Below, piece after piece: positions 9,203 through 16,870 of a stretch of DNA of 64,000 bases. A program made the translations under genes and the position numbers. The notes beneath the pieces were generated by a model. That model was not told the DNA's origin, did not search any database, and was given only the letters and a program-made list of their open reading frames with translations. The DNA is taken from positions 128,001 to 192,000 of the forward strand of contig OZ242010.1 in NCBI GenBank assembly GCA_965204745.1. Direction: 5' to 3'. Position 1 is the first letter of the stretch, and each line of letters starts with the position of its first letter. This stretch comes from Candidatus Latescibacterota bacterium (GTDB lineage: Bacteria > Latescibacterota > UBA2968).

Positions 9203-11191
9203 TTACGCAATCTCTGCTTTTAGCCGCGCAATTTCATCGCGGTAGTGCGCGGCTTTTTCAAACTCTAAGTTTTCGGCGGCTTCGGCCATTTGGCGCGTGA
9301 GTTCTTCGATCAGCTCCAGTTGATTGTCGCTGTCCAAATAGGCTGCGGATTCCTCGGCGACCAGGGGCAGGTCTTCGGCTTGCTCGTCGGCCACCGCTGT
9401 CGATTGGAGAATCTCCTCTCGGGTCTTGTACAGGGTCTTGGGGGTGATGCCGTGGTTGGCATTGTACGCCTCTTGCAATGCGCGGCGGCGATTGGTCTCG
9501 TCGATGGCGCGGCGCATCGAATCCGTCACCTTATCCGCGTACATGATCACCGTGCCTTCCGCATTGCGGGCCGCGCGCCCGGCCGTTTGAATCAGCGAGC
9601 GTTCGGACCGCAAAAAGCCCTCCTTATCCGCGTCTAAAATCGCCACCAGCGACACTTCGGGCAAATCCAAGCCCTCGCGCAACAAGTTCACGCCCACGAG
9701 CACGTCAAACTCGCCCAAGCGCAAATCGCGGATGATCGCCACGCGCTCGAGCGAATCCACATCCGAGTGCATATAGCGCGCGCCGATGCCCAACTCGCGC
9801 ATGTATTCCGACAAGTCTTCGGCCATGCGCTTGGTCAGGGTCGTCACCAACACGCGATGCCCGCTCTCCACGCGCTGCCGGGCCTCTTCGATGAGATCAT
9901 CGACCTGCCCGCGCACCGGGCGCACGATCATTTTGGGATCGAGCAAGCCGGTGGGCCGAATCACCTGCTCGACCACCACGCCCTCGCAGCGTTCCAACTC
10001 GTAATCCGCGGGCGTGGCCGACATGAAAACGACCTGCTTGGCCTTTTGTTCAAACTCCTCGAAATACAGGGGGCGATTGTCCAGCGCGGCGGGCAATCTG
10101 AACCCGTGCTCGATCAACACCTCTTTGCGAGACCGGTCCCCGTTCCACATGCCGCGCAACTGCGGCACTGTGACGTGGGATTCGTCCAGCACGATCAGAA
10201 AATCGTCTGAAAAATAATCCAACAACACATAAGGTGCTTCCCCGGGCGCGCGCCCGTCGATGTAGCGCGAATAATTTTCAATGCCCTGGCAGAACCCGAT
10301 CTCGCGCATCATCTCGATATCGTAGCGCGTCCGCATTTCCAACCGCTGTGCCTCCAACAATTTGCCCTGGTTGTGAAACGCCTCCAATTGTTGGGTCAAA
10401 TCAAATTCGATCTTTGCTATGGCTCTCTCGATCCGATTGCCGCTGGTGACGAAGTGTTTGGCCGGATAAATGACGATGCGGTCGCGTTCTTCGATCACCT
10501 CGCCCGTTACCGGATGCACGATGCACAGCGCGTCGACCTCGTCGCCAAAAAACTCCACGCGCACCGGATGCTCGCGCTCGGGCGGATAAATTTCGACCAC
10601 ATCGCCGCGCACCCGAAACGCGGCCGGCGCGAGTTCTATGTCATTGCGCGCAAAGTGAATGTCCACGAGTTTTCGCAACATGGCATCGCGGTCCATCTCT
10701 GCGCCGCGATCCAACACGACGAGGTGATCCTCGTATTCCGTGGGGTTGCCAATGCCGTAAATGCACGACACACTCGCCACGATGATCACGTCTTGCCGCT
10801 CCATCAACGCACTGGTCGCGCGCAGGCGCAAGCGGTTGATTTCATCGTTGATATCCGATTCTTTTTCAATAAATGTATCCGTCACGGGTTTGTACGCTTC
10901 CGGCTGGTAATAGTCGTAATACGAGATGAAATACTCCACGGCATTGCGCGGGAAAAAGCTGCGAAACTCCCCGTAGAGTTGCGCGGCCAGGGTCTTGTTG
11001 TGGGAAATCACGAGCGTGGGCTTTTGAATGGCTTCGATCACTTTTGACATGGAAAACGTCTTTCCCGTGCCCGTGGCGCCCAACAAAGTCTGGTACCGCA
11101 TGCCCGTGCGAATGCCCTGGGCGAGTTCTTCGATGGCCCGCGGCTGATCCCCGGCCGGCTCAAAAGGCGATACCACTTCAAATTTCGGCAT
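9203..11191 (-). CDS. uvrB: Excinuclease ABC subunit B
   Basis: [73 protein letters not shown]-terminal UVR domain ([11 protein letters not shown]). Confidence 0.97.
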   Translation of the reverse strand: MPKFEVVSPFEPAGDQPRAIEELAQGIRTGMRYQTLLGATGTGKTFSMSKVIEAIQKPTLVISHNKTLAAQLYGEFRSFFPRNAVEYFISYYDYYQPEAYKPVTDTFIEKESDINDEINRLRLRATSALMERQDVIIVASVSCIYGIGNPTEYEDHLVVLDRGAEMDRDAMLRKLVDIHFARNDIELAPAAFRVRGDVVEIYPPEREHPVRVEFFGDEVDALCIVHPVTGEVIEERDRIVIYPAKHFVTSGNRIERAIAKIEFDLTQQLEAFHNQGKLLEAQRLEMRTRYDIEMMREIGFCQGIENYSRYIDGRAPGEAPYVLLDYFSDDFLIVLDESHVTVPQLRGMWNGDRSRKEVLIEHGFRLPAALDNRPLYFEEFEQKAKQVVFMSATPADYELERCEGVVVEQVIRPTGLLDPKMIVRPVRGQVDDLIEEARQRVESGHRVLVTTLTKRMAEDLSEYMRELGIGARYMHSDVDSLERVAIIRDLRLGEFDVLVGVNLLREGLDLPEVSLVAILDADKEGFLRSERSLIQTAGRAARNAEGTVIMYADKVTDSMRRAIDETNRRRALQEAYNANHGITPKTLYKTREEILQSTAVADEQAEDLPLVAEESAAYLDSDNQLELIEELTRQMAEAAENLEFEKAAHYRDEIARLKAEIA
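9215..9241. repeat. 27-bp direct repeat, copy 2 (inside uvrB 3' end)
   Basis: Identical to 7219-7245; encodes RDEIARLKA of UvrB. Confidence 0.9.
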
Positions 11192-11236
11192 GGCGATGTT
11201 CCAAAGAAAGTGGGGCGTGTTTTCATCCGTCACCCA

Positions 11237-11264
11237 AGAATATAACATCTCGGGTTTCTGTCAA
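11237..11264 (-). promoter_or_regulatory. Putative sigma-70 promoter for uvrB
   Basis: Minus strand TTGACA-16 nt-TATTCT, about 45 nt upstream of ATG 11191. Confidence 0.45.
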
Positions 11265-11331
11265 AGCAAAACCCGGCCAGTGCCCGTGGTTTTTTGGTTT
11301 TTTGCGTGCCATTTTTGATTATCATGATTTT

Positions 11332-11652
11332 ATGACCGAACAGACGCGCACAAAAATTCTGCAATCCACACCGACCGGCATTCGCAAACTCGACCACAAA
11401 CGCCTGCGCGCCCAACTGCATCGCGCCGCGCCCCCAGTTGATTACGACCGATATATGCGATCCAAGGCGTGGCAAATCAAACGGCGAAAATTCCTCGCCC
11501 ACTTCAACTGCCAATGCGCCCTGTGCGGCAGCAAAGACCATCTGCACGTCCACCACTTGCACTATGAGACCCTGGGCAACGAGCGCGTGGAAGACGTCCT
11601 CGTGTGTTGCAGGCGGTGCCATTTCCTCGCGCATAAGAAAGGGGAGAGGTGA
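11332..11652 (+). CDS. Small HNH endonuclease
   Basis: Y..YMRSKAWQIKR...CALCGS...HVHHLHYETLGNE...VLVCCRRCH (Zn-binding HNH). Confidence 0.85.
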   Translation: MTEQTRTKILQSTPTGIRKLDHKRLRAQLHRAAPPVDYDRYMRSKAWQIKRRKFLAHFNCQCALCGSKDHLHVHHLHYETLGNERVEDVLVCCRRCHFLAHKKGER

Positions 11653-11776
11653 GAGGCAAGAGGCGAGAGGCAAGAAGTGAGAGGCGAGAGGCGAGAGGCA
11701 AGAGGTGAGAGGCAAGCGAAATGTCTGGCGCGCGTTGCCGAGCTTTATCCGGGAGAGGCGAGAGGCAAGAGGTGAG
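11646..11776 (+). repeat. GAGGC(A/G)A / GAGGTGA heptamer array
   Basis: About 10 degenerate 7-mers at 11646-11716 plus more at 11754-11776. The first unit supplies the HNH stop TGA. Complementary pyrimidine-strand arm at about 11884-11911. Confidence 0.85.
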
Positions 11777-11959
11777 GGAAAAGACGGGGTTAACGCACGC
11801 GGCGGAGGGGGGAAGAGGAAGGGCACGCACACGGCGGGGCAGGGTGGCGGAGGGGATCGCACTTGGGCGGTTGGGTGGGGTTGCCTCACCTCTCCCGTCT
11901 TGCGTCTCACCGCAGGGGGTTGGGCGGGGTGGGAACTGACCACTAATTCCGGAGCTTCC

Positions 11960-13294
11960 ATGCCAAATATCATCATCATCACCACGCACGACACCGGGCG
12001 GCATTTGGGGTGTTATGGCGTCGAGACTGTGCATACGCCGGCCATTGACGCCATCGCCGAGGATGGATTCAAATTCACGCGCTATTTCACCACGAGCCCG
12101 GTGTGTAGCCCGAGTCGAGGGGCCATGCTCACGGGGCGGTATCCGCAGAGCAATGGCCTGATTGGCCTGACGCATTCGCATTGGAATTGGCGTTTTCATG
12201 AGGGCGAGCGGCACCTCTCGCACATCTTGCGCGACGCGGGTTATCACACGGCCCTGTTCGGCCTGCAACACGAAGCGGCCAACCTCGACGATCTGGGATT
12301 TGAGGCCGTGCATGCCAGGCGGCGTTCAACCGCGCCCGTGGTGGCCCGCACGCTGGCCGATTTTCTCCGCACAGACGCCGCACGCAAAGCCCCGTTTTAC
12401 GCGCAGGTCGGCTTTTTTGAAACCCATCGCCCGCACGATTTTGGCGATGTCGAACCCGACGATAGCAAGGGCGTTTTCGTCCCGCCCTATCTCGTCGACA
12501 ACGAGATTTCTCGCAAAGCCCTCGCCTTGCAACAAGGCGCGATCCGCCGGGTGGATGACGCGGTGCGGATCATCACAGACGCGCTCGCGGAAAGCGGCTT
12601 GGAGGACGATACCCTGCTCGTGTTCACGGTCGATCACGGCATTGAATTTCCCCGCGCCAAGTATTTTTGTTACGACTCGGGCATCGGCGTCGCCCTGCTG
12701 ATGCGCTGGCCCGGTGGCGATGTTCGCGGGGGCATAACGTGCGACCACCTGCTCAGCAATGTCGATTTTTTACCCACCCTGATGGACCTCATCGGCCAAC
12801 CCGTGCCCGGCAATGTCGAGGGCATCAGCTTTGCCCAAGTGTTCACAAATCCCGATGCGCCGCCGACGAGAGACGCGGTCTTTTCCCTTTTTTGTGACAG
12901 CGACAGCCGCAGCATTCGCACGGACCGCTACAAGTTCATTCGCCACTTCAGCCCGCGCCGTTTGATGGACACGCCGGTCGACATGACAATTTCGCCGGAG
13001 GCGGTAATCTACGATTTTCTCGGTCGGTGCTTGATAGACGCACCGGGCACTGCAAAAAACCCGCCTAAACCGCGCATCCCACAGCCCGTAGCGCAACTCT
13101 ACGATTTGGAAAACGACCCCAACGAGTTTGACGATGTCGCGCGCAATCCCGAATACCGGGACATCTATAACGCCTTGAGCCAACGCCTTTGGCAGTGGAT
13201 GGAAGACGTGAACGACCCCACGCTCAAAAGCCCGCTTCCCACGCCGTATTACTGGGAAGCCATGGCGGATTATCGCAACCCCCACGCGAAATAG
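11960..13294 (+). CDS. Formylglycine-dependent sulfatase (sulfamidase-like)
   Basis: MPNIIIITTHD, CSPSRGAMLTG (CxPxR), FFETHRP, TVDHG, QLYDLENDPNE. GGAG RBS. Confidence 0.92.
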   Translation: MPNIIIITTHDTGRHLGCYGVETVHTPAIDAIAEDGFKFTRYFTTSPVCSPSRGAMLTGRYPQSNGLIGLTHSHWNWRFHEGERHLSHILRDAGYHTALFGLQHEAANLDDLGFEAVHARRRSTAPVVARTLADFLRTDAARKAPFYAQVGFFETHRPHDFGDVEPDDSKGVFVPPYLVDNEISRKALALQQGAIRRVDDAVRIITDALAESGLEDDTLLVFTVDHGIEFPRAKYFCYDSGIGVALLMRWPGGDVRGGITCDHLLSNVDFLPTLMDLIGQPVPGNVEGISFAQVFTNPDAPPTRDAVFSLFCDSDSRSIRTDRYKFIRHFSPRRLMDTPVDMTISPEAVIYDFLGRCLIDAPGTAKNPPKPRIPQPVAQLYDLENDPNEFDDVARNPEYRDIYNALSQRLWQWMEDVNDPTLKSPLPTPYYWEAMADYRNPHAK

Positions 13295-13330
13295 GGGGCG
13301 TCCTGATCCCACTTCATGAAAGGAAATATC

Positions 13331-14536
13331 ATGTCCACGGGAAAACCCGTAACCCTCGCACTGGTCGGATGCGGCGGCATTGCTGGCGCGCATCTGCGGC
13401 GGTATGACGAACTCCTCGCCCGCGGCGAAGACCGATTTCGCATTGTCGCCACAGTGGATAGCGATTTTGACCGTGCAACCGCGTGTGCAGATCAGATCAG
13501 CGGCAAAACCGGCTGGGCCGTGACGCCCTATGCCTCGGTGGAAGACCTGCTCAACTCGGGCACGGCCCTCGACGGCGCGGATATTTGCAGTCCGCACGGC
13601 CTCCACCATGTCCTCGCTTGCGAACTGCTCGCGGGTGGGGTGCATATCCTCTGCGAAAAGCCCATTGGCGTGACCGTGAAAGCCACGAAACAAATCATCG
13701 CCACAGCCAAACGCCACGACAGGATCGCCGCCAATGCCGAACAGTGCCGCCGTAGCATTGGGCAACGCACCATTCACTGGGCCTTTCACAACGGCCTGCT
13801 CGGGGATGCGCGGTTGTGGTACGCCATCCGATCCGGCTGGCAAGACCCCGCGGATCACCCGGACTGGCACTGGCGCGTGGATCGCAAACTCGGGGGTTGC
13901 GGCATGGTGATGGACAGCGGCGCGCACTGGGTAGATACGATGCGCTATTGGTTTGGGGAGATCGACAGCGTGTACGCCCGAGTCGAGCAACTCGAAGCGC
14001 GCCCGCACAAAAAAGGCGACCGTCTGGTGGCAGACGCCCGCGAGGATTTTTGGACGAGCATTTTCAATTTTGCCAATGGCGTGATCGGCACCTGGTCGTG
14101 GACTATCAGCGCGCCCGGCAAGGGCTTTACCCAACTCGCGCTCACCGGCACCAAGGGCAGCATTGTCGATAGCGACATTTTCCACCCGGCAGCGTCGCAA
14201 GCGCGGGGCGAGTGCCATCTGCTCGACGGAACGACCTACGGCATGTCCCAACTGCAAGCCATGTTCCTCGACACCCTCGGCCCACGCGACAAGGACCGCC
14301 TTTTTCCCTACGGCCTCACCGATGGCATGGCGATTGAATTGTGGGATTTTATCGACGCCCTCAGCACCGGGCGCGATGTTGAAATCGACGCGACAGAGGG
14401 CCTCAAGAGCAAAGCCGTGAGCGAGGCGATCTACGAATCGGGCACGAGCGGACAGGTCGTCAAAGTGGCCAACGTGATCTCCGGCAAGGTCGATGCTTAC
14501 CAGCGCGATGTCGATCAAATGTGGGGATTGGATTGA
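13331..14536 (+). CDS. Gfo/Idh/MocA-family oxidoreductase
   Basis: LVGCGGIA, HILCEKP, GGCGMVMDSGAHWVD. AAAGGAA RBS. Confidence 0.92.
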   Translation: MSTGKPVTLALVGCGGIAGAHLRRYDELLARGEDRFRIVATVDSDFDRATACADQISGKTGWAVTPYASVEDLLNSGTALDGADICSPHGLHHVLACELLAGGVHILCEKPIGVTVKATKQIIATAKRHDRIAANAEQCRRSIGQRTIHWAFHNGLLGDARLWYAIRSGWQDPADHPDWHWRVDRKLGGCGMVMDSGAHWVDTMRYWFGEIDSVYARVEQLEARPHKKGDRLVADAREDFWTSIFNFANGVIGTWSWTISAPGKGFTQLALTGTKGSIVDSDIFHPAASQARGECHLLDGTTYGMSQLQAMFLDTLGPRDKDRLFPYGLTDGMAIELWDFIDALSTGRDVEIDATEGLKSKAVSEAIYESGTSGQVVKVANVISGKVDAYQRDVDQMWGLD

Positions 14537-14623
14537 GCGAATGATCCATGCAGGGCAAGAGGCAAGAAGCAAGAGGCAAGAGGTAAGATTGAACTGAGCG
14601 GATGATCCGAGAAGGGACACCGA

Positions 14624-14668
14624 GAAAAAACGGGCCGCGGTCAAAATGATCGCGGCCCTATTTTTTTC
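14624..14668 (+). terminator. Intrinsic terminator, possibly bidirectional
   Basis: A-tract, then GGGCCGCGGTCA-AAA-TGATCGCGGCCC, then a T-tract, after the oxidoreductase gene. Confidence 0.7.
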
Positions 14669-14676
14669 AAAATAAC

Positions 14677-15088
14677 TGACGTTACGCAGTACGTCAACGG
14701 AGCCAGTTGACATTTACGAGCCATGCACCGGCTTGAGCGGTTTATCGAGAAAATCAAGTCCTGACGTTCCGCAGTTCAAAGAAAGCATCCCAACAAGTGC
14801 CCTCGCAAAACCCCCTCCGATCAAGCCATCACGCACAGCGCGCAAGTCCGTTTCGCAACCAACGTCCATTATGCAACCCACTTTGCAGGCTGGCGCATAT
14901 CGTTCTGTTACAAAAGCGATTTGCGCTGTGCAAGCCTCTCGGCGTTTGAGAGCGGCATTTTTTGCTTACTTTTTTTTGCTGTTGAAAAAAAGTAAGTCGC
15001 CGAAGGCATCGAAGGCAACAAACGAGGCTGTAGGACCAAACACATTAAATGAGCAAGCAACACATTTGTTAATCTGTGCGTAACGTCA
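14677..15088. mobile_element. MITE-like non-coding element with 12-bp terminal inverted repeats
   Basis: TGACGTTACGCA (14677-14688) and TGCGTAACGTCA (15077-15088). The ~340-bp core recurs inverted at about 59713-60071. Confidence 0.6.
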
Positions 15089-15102
15089 AAATCCATTCGC
15101 CT

Positions 15103-15192
15103 TTCATCCGTGTTCATCCGTGTTCATCCGTGTTCATCCGTGTTCATCCGTGTTCATCCGTGTTCATCCGTGTTCATCCGTGTTCATCCGTG
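15103..15192. repeat. (TTCATCCGTG)x9 perfect 10-mer tandem array
   Basis: Read directly; overlaps the 3' end and stop codon of the VOC gene. Confidence 0.95.
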
Positions 15193-15595
15193 GTTGCTTT
15201 TCGCCTCTCTCATGCTTGGCGAGTTCGATGAGGTTGCCATCGGGATCGTGGACGAAAACATAGCGCGTGCCATCGTGGGGGCGCACGCCCGGGCCTGATG
15301 CGACGCGCACGCGCGCTTGGTCGAGCGAGGTGATCACGCGGTCAAAATTGGCGACTTCAAAGGCGATGTGCCTGCGCGAGGGGCGGGGGTGTTCTTCGGC
15401 GACGATCAGGTGAAGTTCGAGATCGCCGCAACGATACCACGCGCCTGCAAAATCGTAATCTGGCCGAGGGATGGGTTGCAGGCCCAAGAACTTTTCGTAA
15501 AACGCAGAAGCGCGTTCCAGATCGCCCGTCACCAATGTGATGTGGCTGACGTGTTCAATGCCTAGGCCAGTGGGCGCAGTCGGGCGGTTGGACAC
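15164..15595 (-). CDS. VOC / glyoxalase-family protein
   Basis: VSHITLVTGDLERASAFYEKFLGL...HIAFEV...YVFVHDPDGNLIEL. GTG start 4 nt after the sigma-factor stop. Confidence 0.9.
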   Translation of the reverse strand: MSNRPTAPTGLGIEHVSHITLVTGDLERASAFYEKFLGLQPIPRPDYDFAGAWYRCGDLELHLIVAEEHPRPSRRHIAFEVANFDRVITSLDQARVRVASGPGVRPHDGTRYVFVHDPDGNLIELAKHERGEKQPRMNTDEHG

Positions 15596-15599
15596 CGGA

Positions 15600-16481
15600 T
15601 CAATTCTCCGTCAGAAGGGTTCTGATTTTCCGCATGCGTGCGGGATGCTTGAGGGCAGAGAGGGCTTTGTCGCGGATTTGGCGCACGCGCTCTTTGGTCA
15701 GGTTGAGGATGTTGCCGATTTGTTCGAGCGTCATGGTCTCGCCGCTGTTGATGCCAAAATACAGGCGCAAGACCCGGGCATCGCGCGGGGCCAACGTGTC
15801 GAGGGCCGTGTGGATTTCCTCGGCCATGGAATTTTCCATCAACACCTCTTCGGGCGTTTCCTGATTTTGGTCTGCCAACAGTTCCAGCATGTTGGTGTCC
15901 GGGCTGTCGTCGATGGGCTTGTCATAAGAAATGTGCCACCGAGACGCATTGAGCAGGTCTTGCACTTGACCGGGCTGCATGTCGGCGCGGGCCGCAATTT
16001 CATCGACTTGCGGTTCTCTGCCCAACATCTGTTTGAGGTCCGCAGAGATGCGCTCCAATTTGCTCAGGTGTTTGATCTTGTTCACCGGCAAGCGCACCAT
16101 GCGGGCTTTTTCTGCCAATGCGGACAAGATGCTCTGCCGAATCCACCACACGGCATAAGTGGTGAACTTGACGCCCACGGTTTCGTCGTAGCGAGTCGCC
16201 GCGCGCACGAGCCCCATGTTGCCTTCGGCGATGAGGTCTTCCAAGGGCAGGCCGCGCCCCTGATACTCTTTGGCAATGGTGATGACGAATCGCAAATTGG
16301 ATTCGATCATTTTGTTCAGGCTTTGGCGGTCTCCGTTGCGGATGCGCTTGGCCAGGGCGACTTCTTCTTGTGGCGAGAGCAATTCGTTGCACGCGATGTC
16401 TTTGAGATAGAGCTCAAATGCAGAACCCGTGCTACCATTTGTTCTGGGTGCGGTGTTGTAACTCATGAGTGCAGCAGGCAT
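15600..16481 (-). CDS. RNA polymerase sigma-70 factor, RpoD/RpoS-like, lacking region 1.1
   Basis: YLKDI...LLSPQEE, ESNLRFVITIAKEY, DLIAEGNMGL, KFTTYAVWWIRQSI, region 4 TLEQIG...LTKERVRQI. Start position uncertain. Confidence 0.92.
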   Translation of the reverse strand: MPAALMSYNTAPRTNGSTGSAFELYLKDIACNELLSPQEEVALAKRIRNGDRQSLNKMIESNLRFVITIAKEYQGRGLPLEDLIAEGNMGLVRAATRYDETVGVKFTTYAVWWIRQSILSALAEKARMVRLPVNKIKHLSKLERISADLKQMLGREPQVDEIAARADMQPGQVQDLLNASRWHISYDKPIDDSPDTNMLELLADQNQETPEEVLMENSMAEEIHTALDTLAPRDARVLRLYFGINSGETMTLEQIGNILNLTKERVRQIRDKALSALKHPARMRKIRTLLTEN

Positions 16482-16870
16482 ATATTTCCCCCGTGACTTG
16501 GAAAACGACTCTCGGTCGCGTGTCTCGTCAACGGCACGCAAAAAAATGCGGATGCGATGACGCAATCCGACTTCGGTCGTTGCCAAAATAAACGCCCCTC
16601 GGTCATGGGGAAACCAAGGCGTGGTTGTGTGACAACATTGGGATAAGGGGAGTGTTGCTTTGGGGAGTGATTTGGAGGAAGGAATCGATCACGAGCCGCA
16701 GGGGAGCGGTGTTTTCGACCAAACCAAAATGCGTGGGGCAAGTATTGAGGAAATACTTGGGCGCACAAGATAGGGGATTAAACTTTGAAACGCAACAATA
16801 ATTTTCCCATTTTTTGCAAAAAATTGTCTGCATGTCAAAAAAAAACAACAAAAAGCACGAGTGCAAACGC

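Noticed and set aside
11044-11331. Long N-terminal extensions given by the ORF track (HNH from 11044, sulfatase from 11705, TOPRIM from 8338)
   Set aside because: They overlap other genes or repeat DNA; downstream ATGs match the family N-termini and, for the sulfatase and TOPRIM genes, have an RBS.
12770-14713. 647-aa minus-strand ORF
   Set aside because: Antisense to the well-supported sulfatase and oxidoreductase genes, with no recognisable motifs.
14733-15083. 116-aa ORF and its 132-aa counterpart at 59671-60069
   Set aside because: The two copies differ by frame-shifting indels, so the element is most likely non-coding.
15103-15192. 10-mer, 14-mer, heptamer and 60-bp tandem arrays as possible CRISPR arrays
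   Set aside because: No unique spacers between units and no cas genes in the window.
16590-16870. Long leader upstream of the sigma factor as a riboswitch or ncRNA
   Set aside because: No recognisable aptamer consensus or convincing structure by eye; an Rfam search would be needed.
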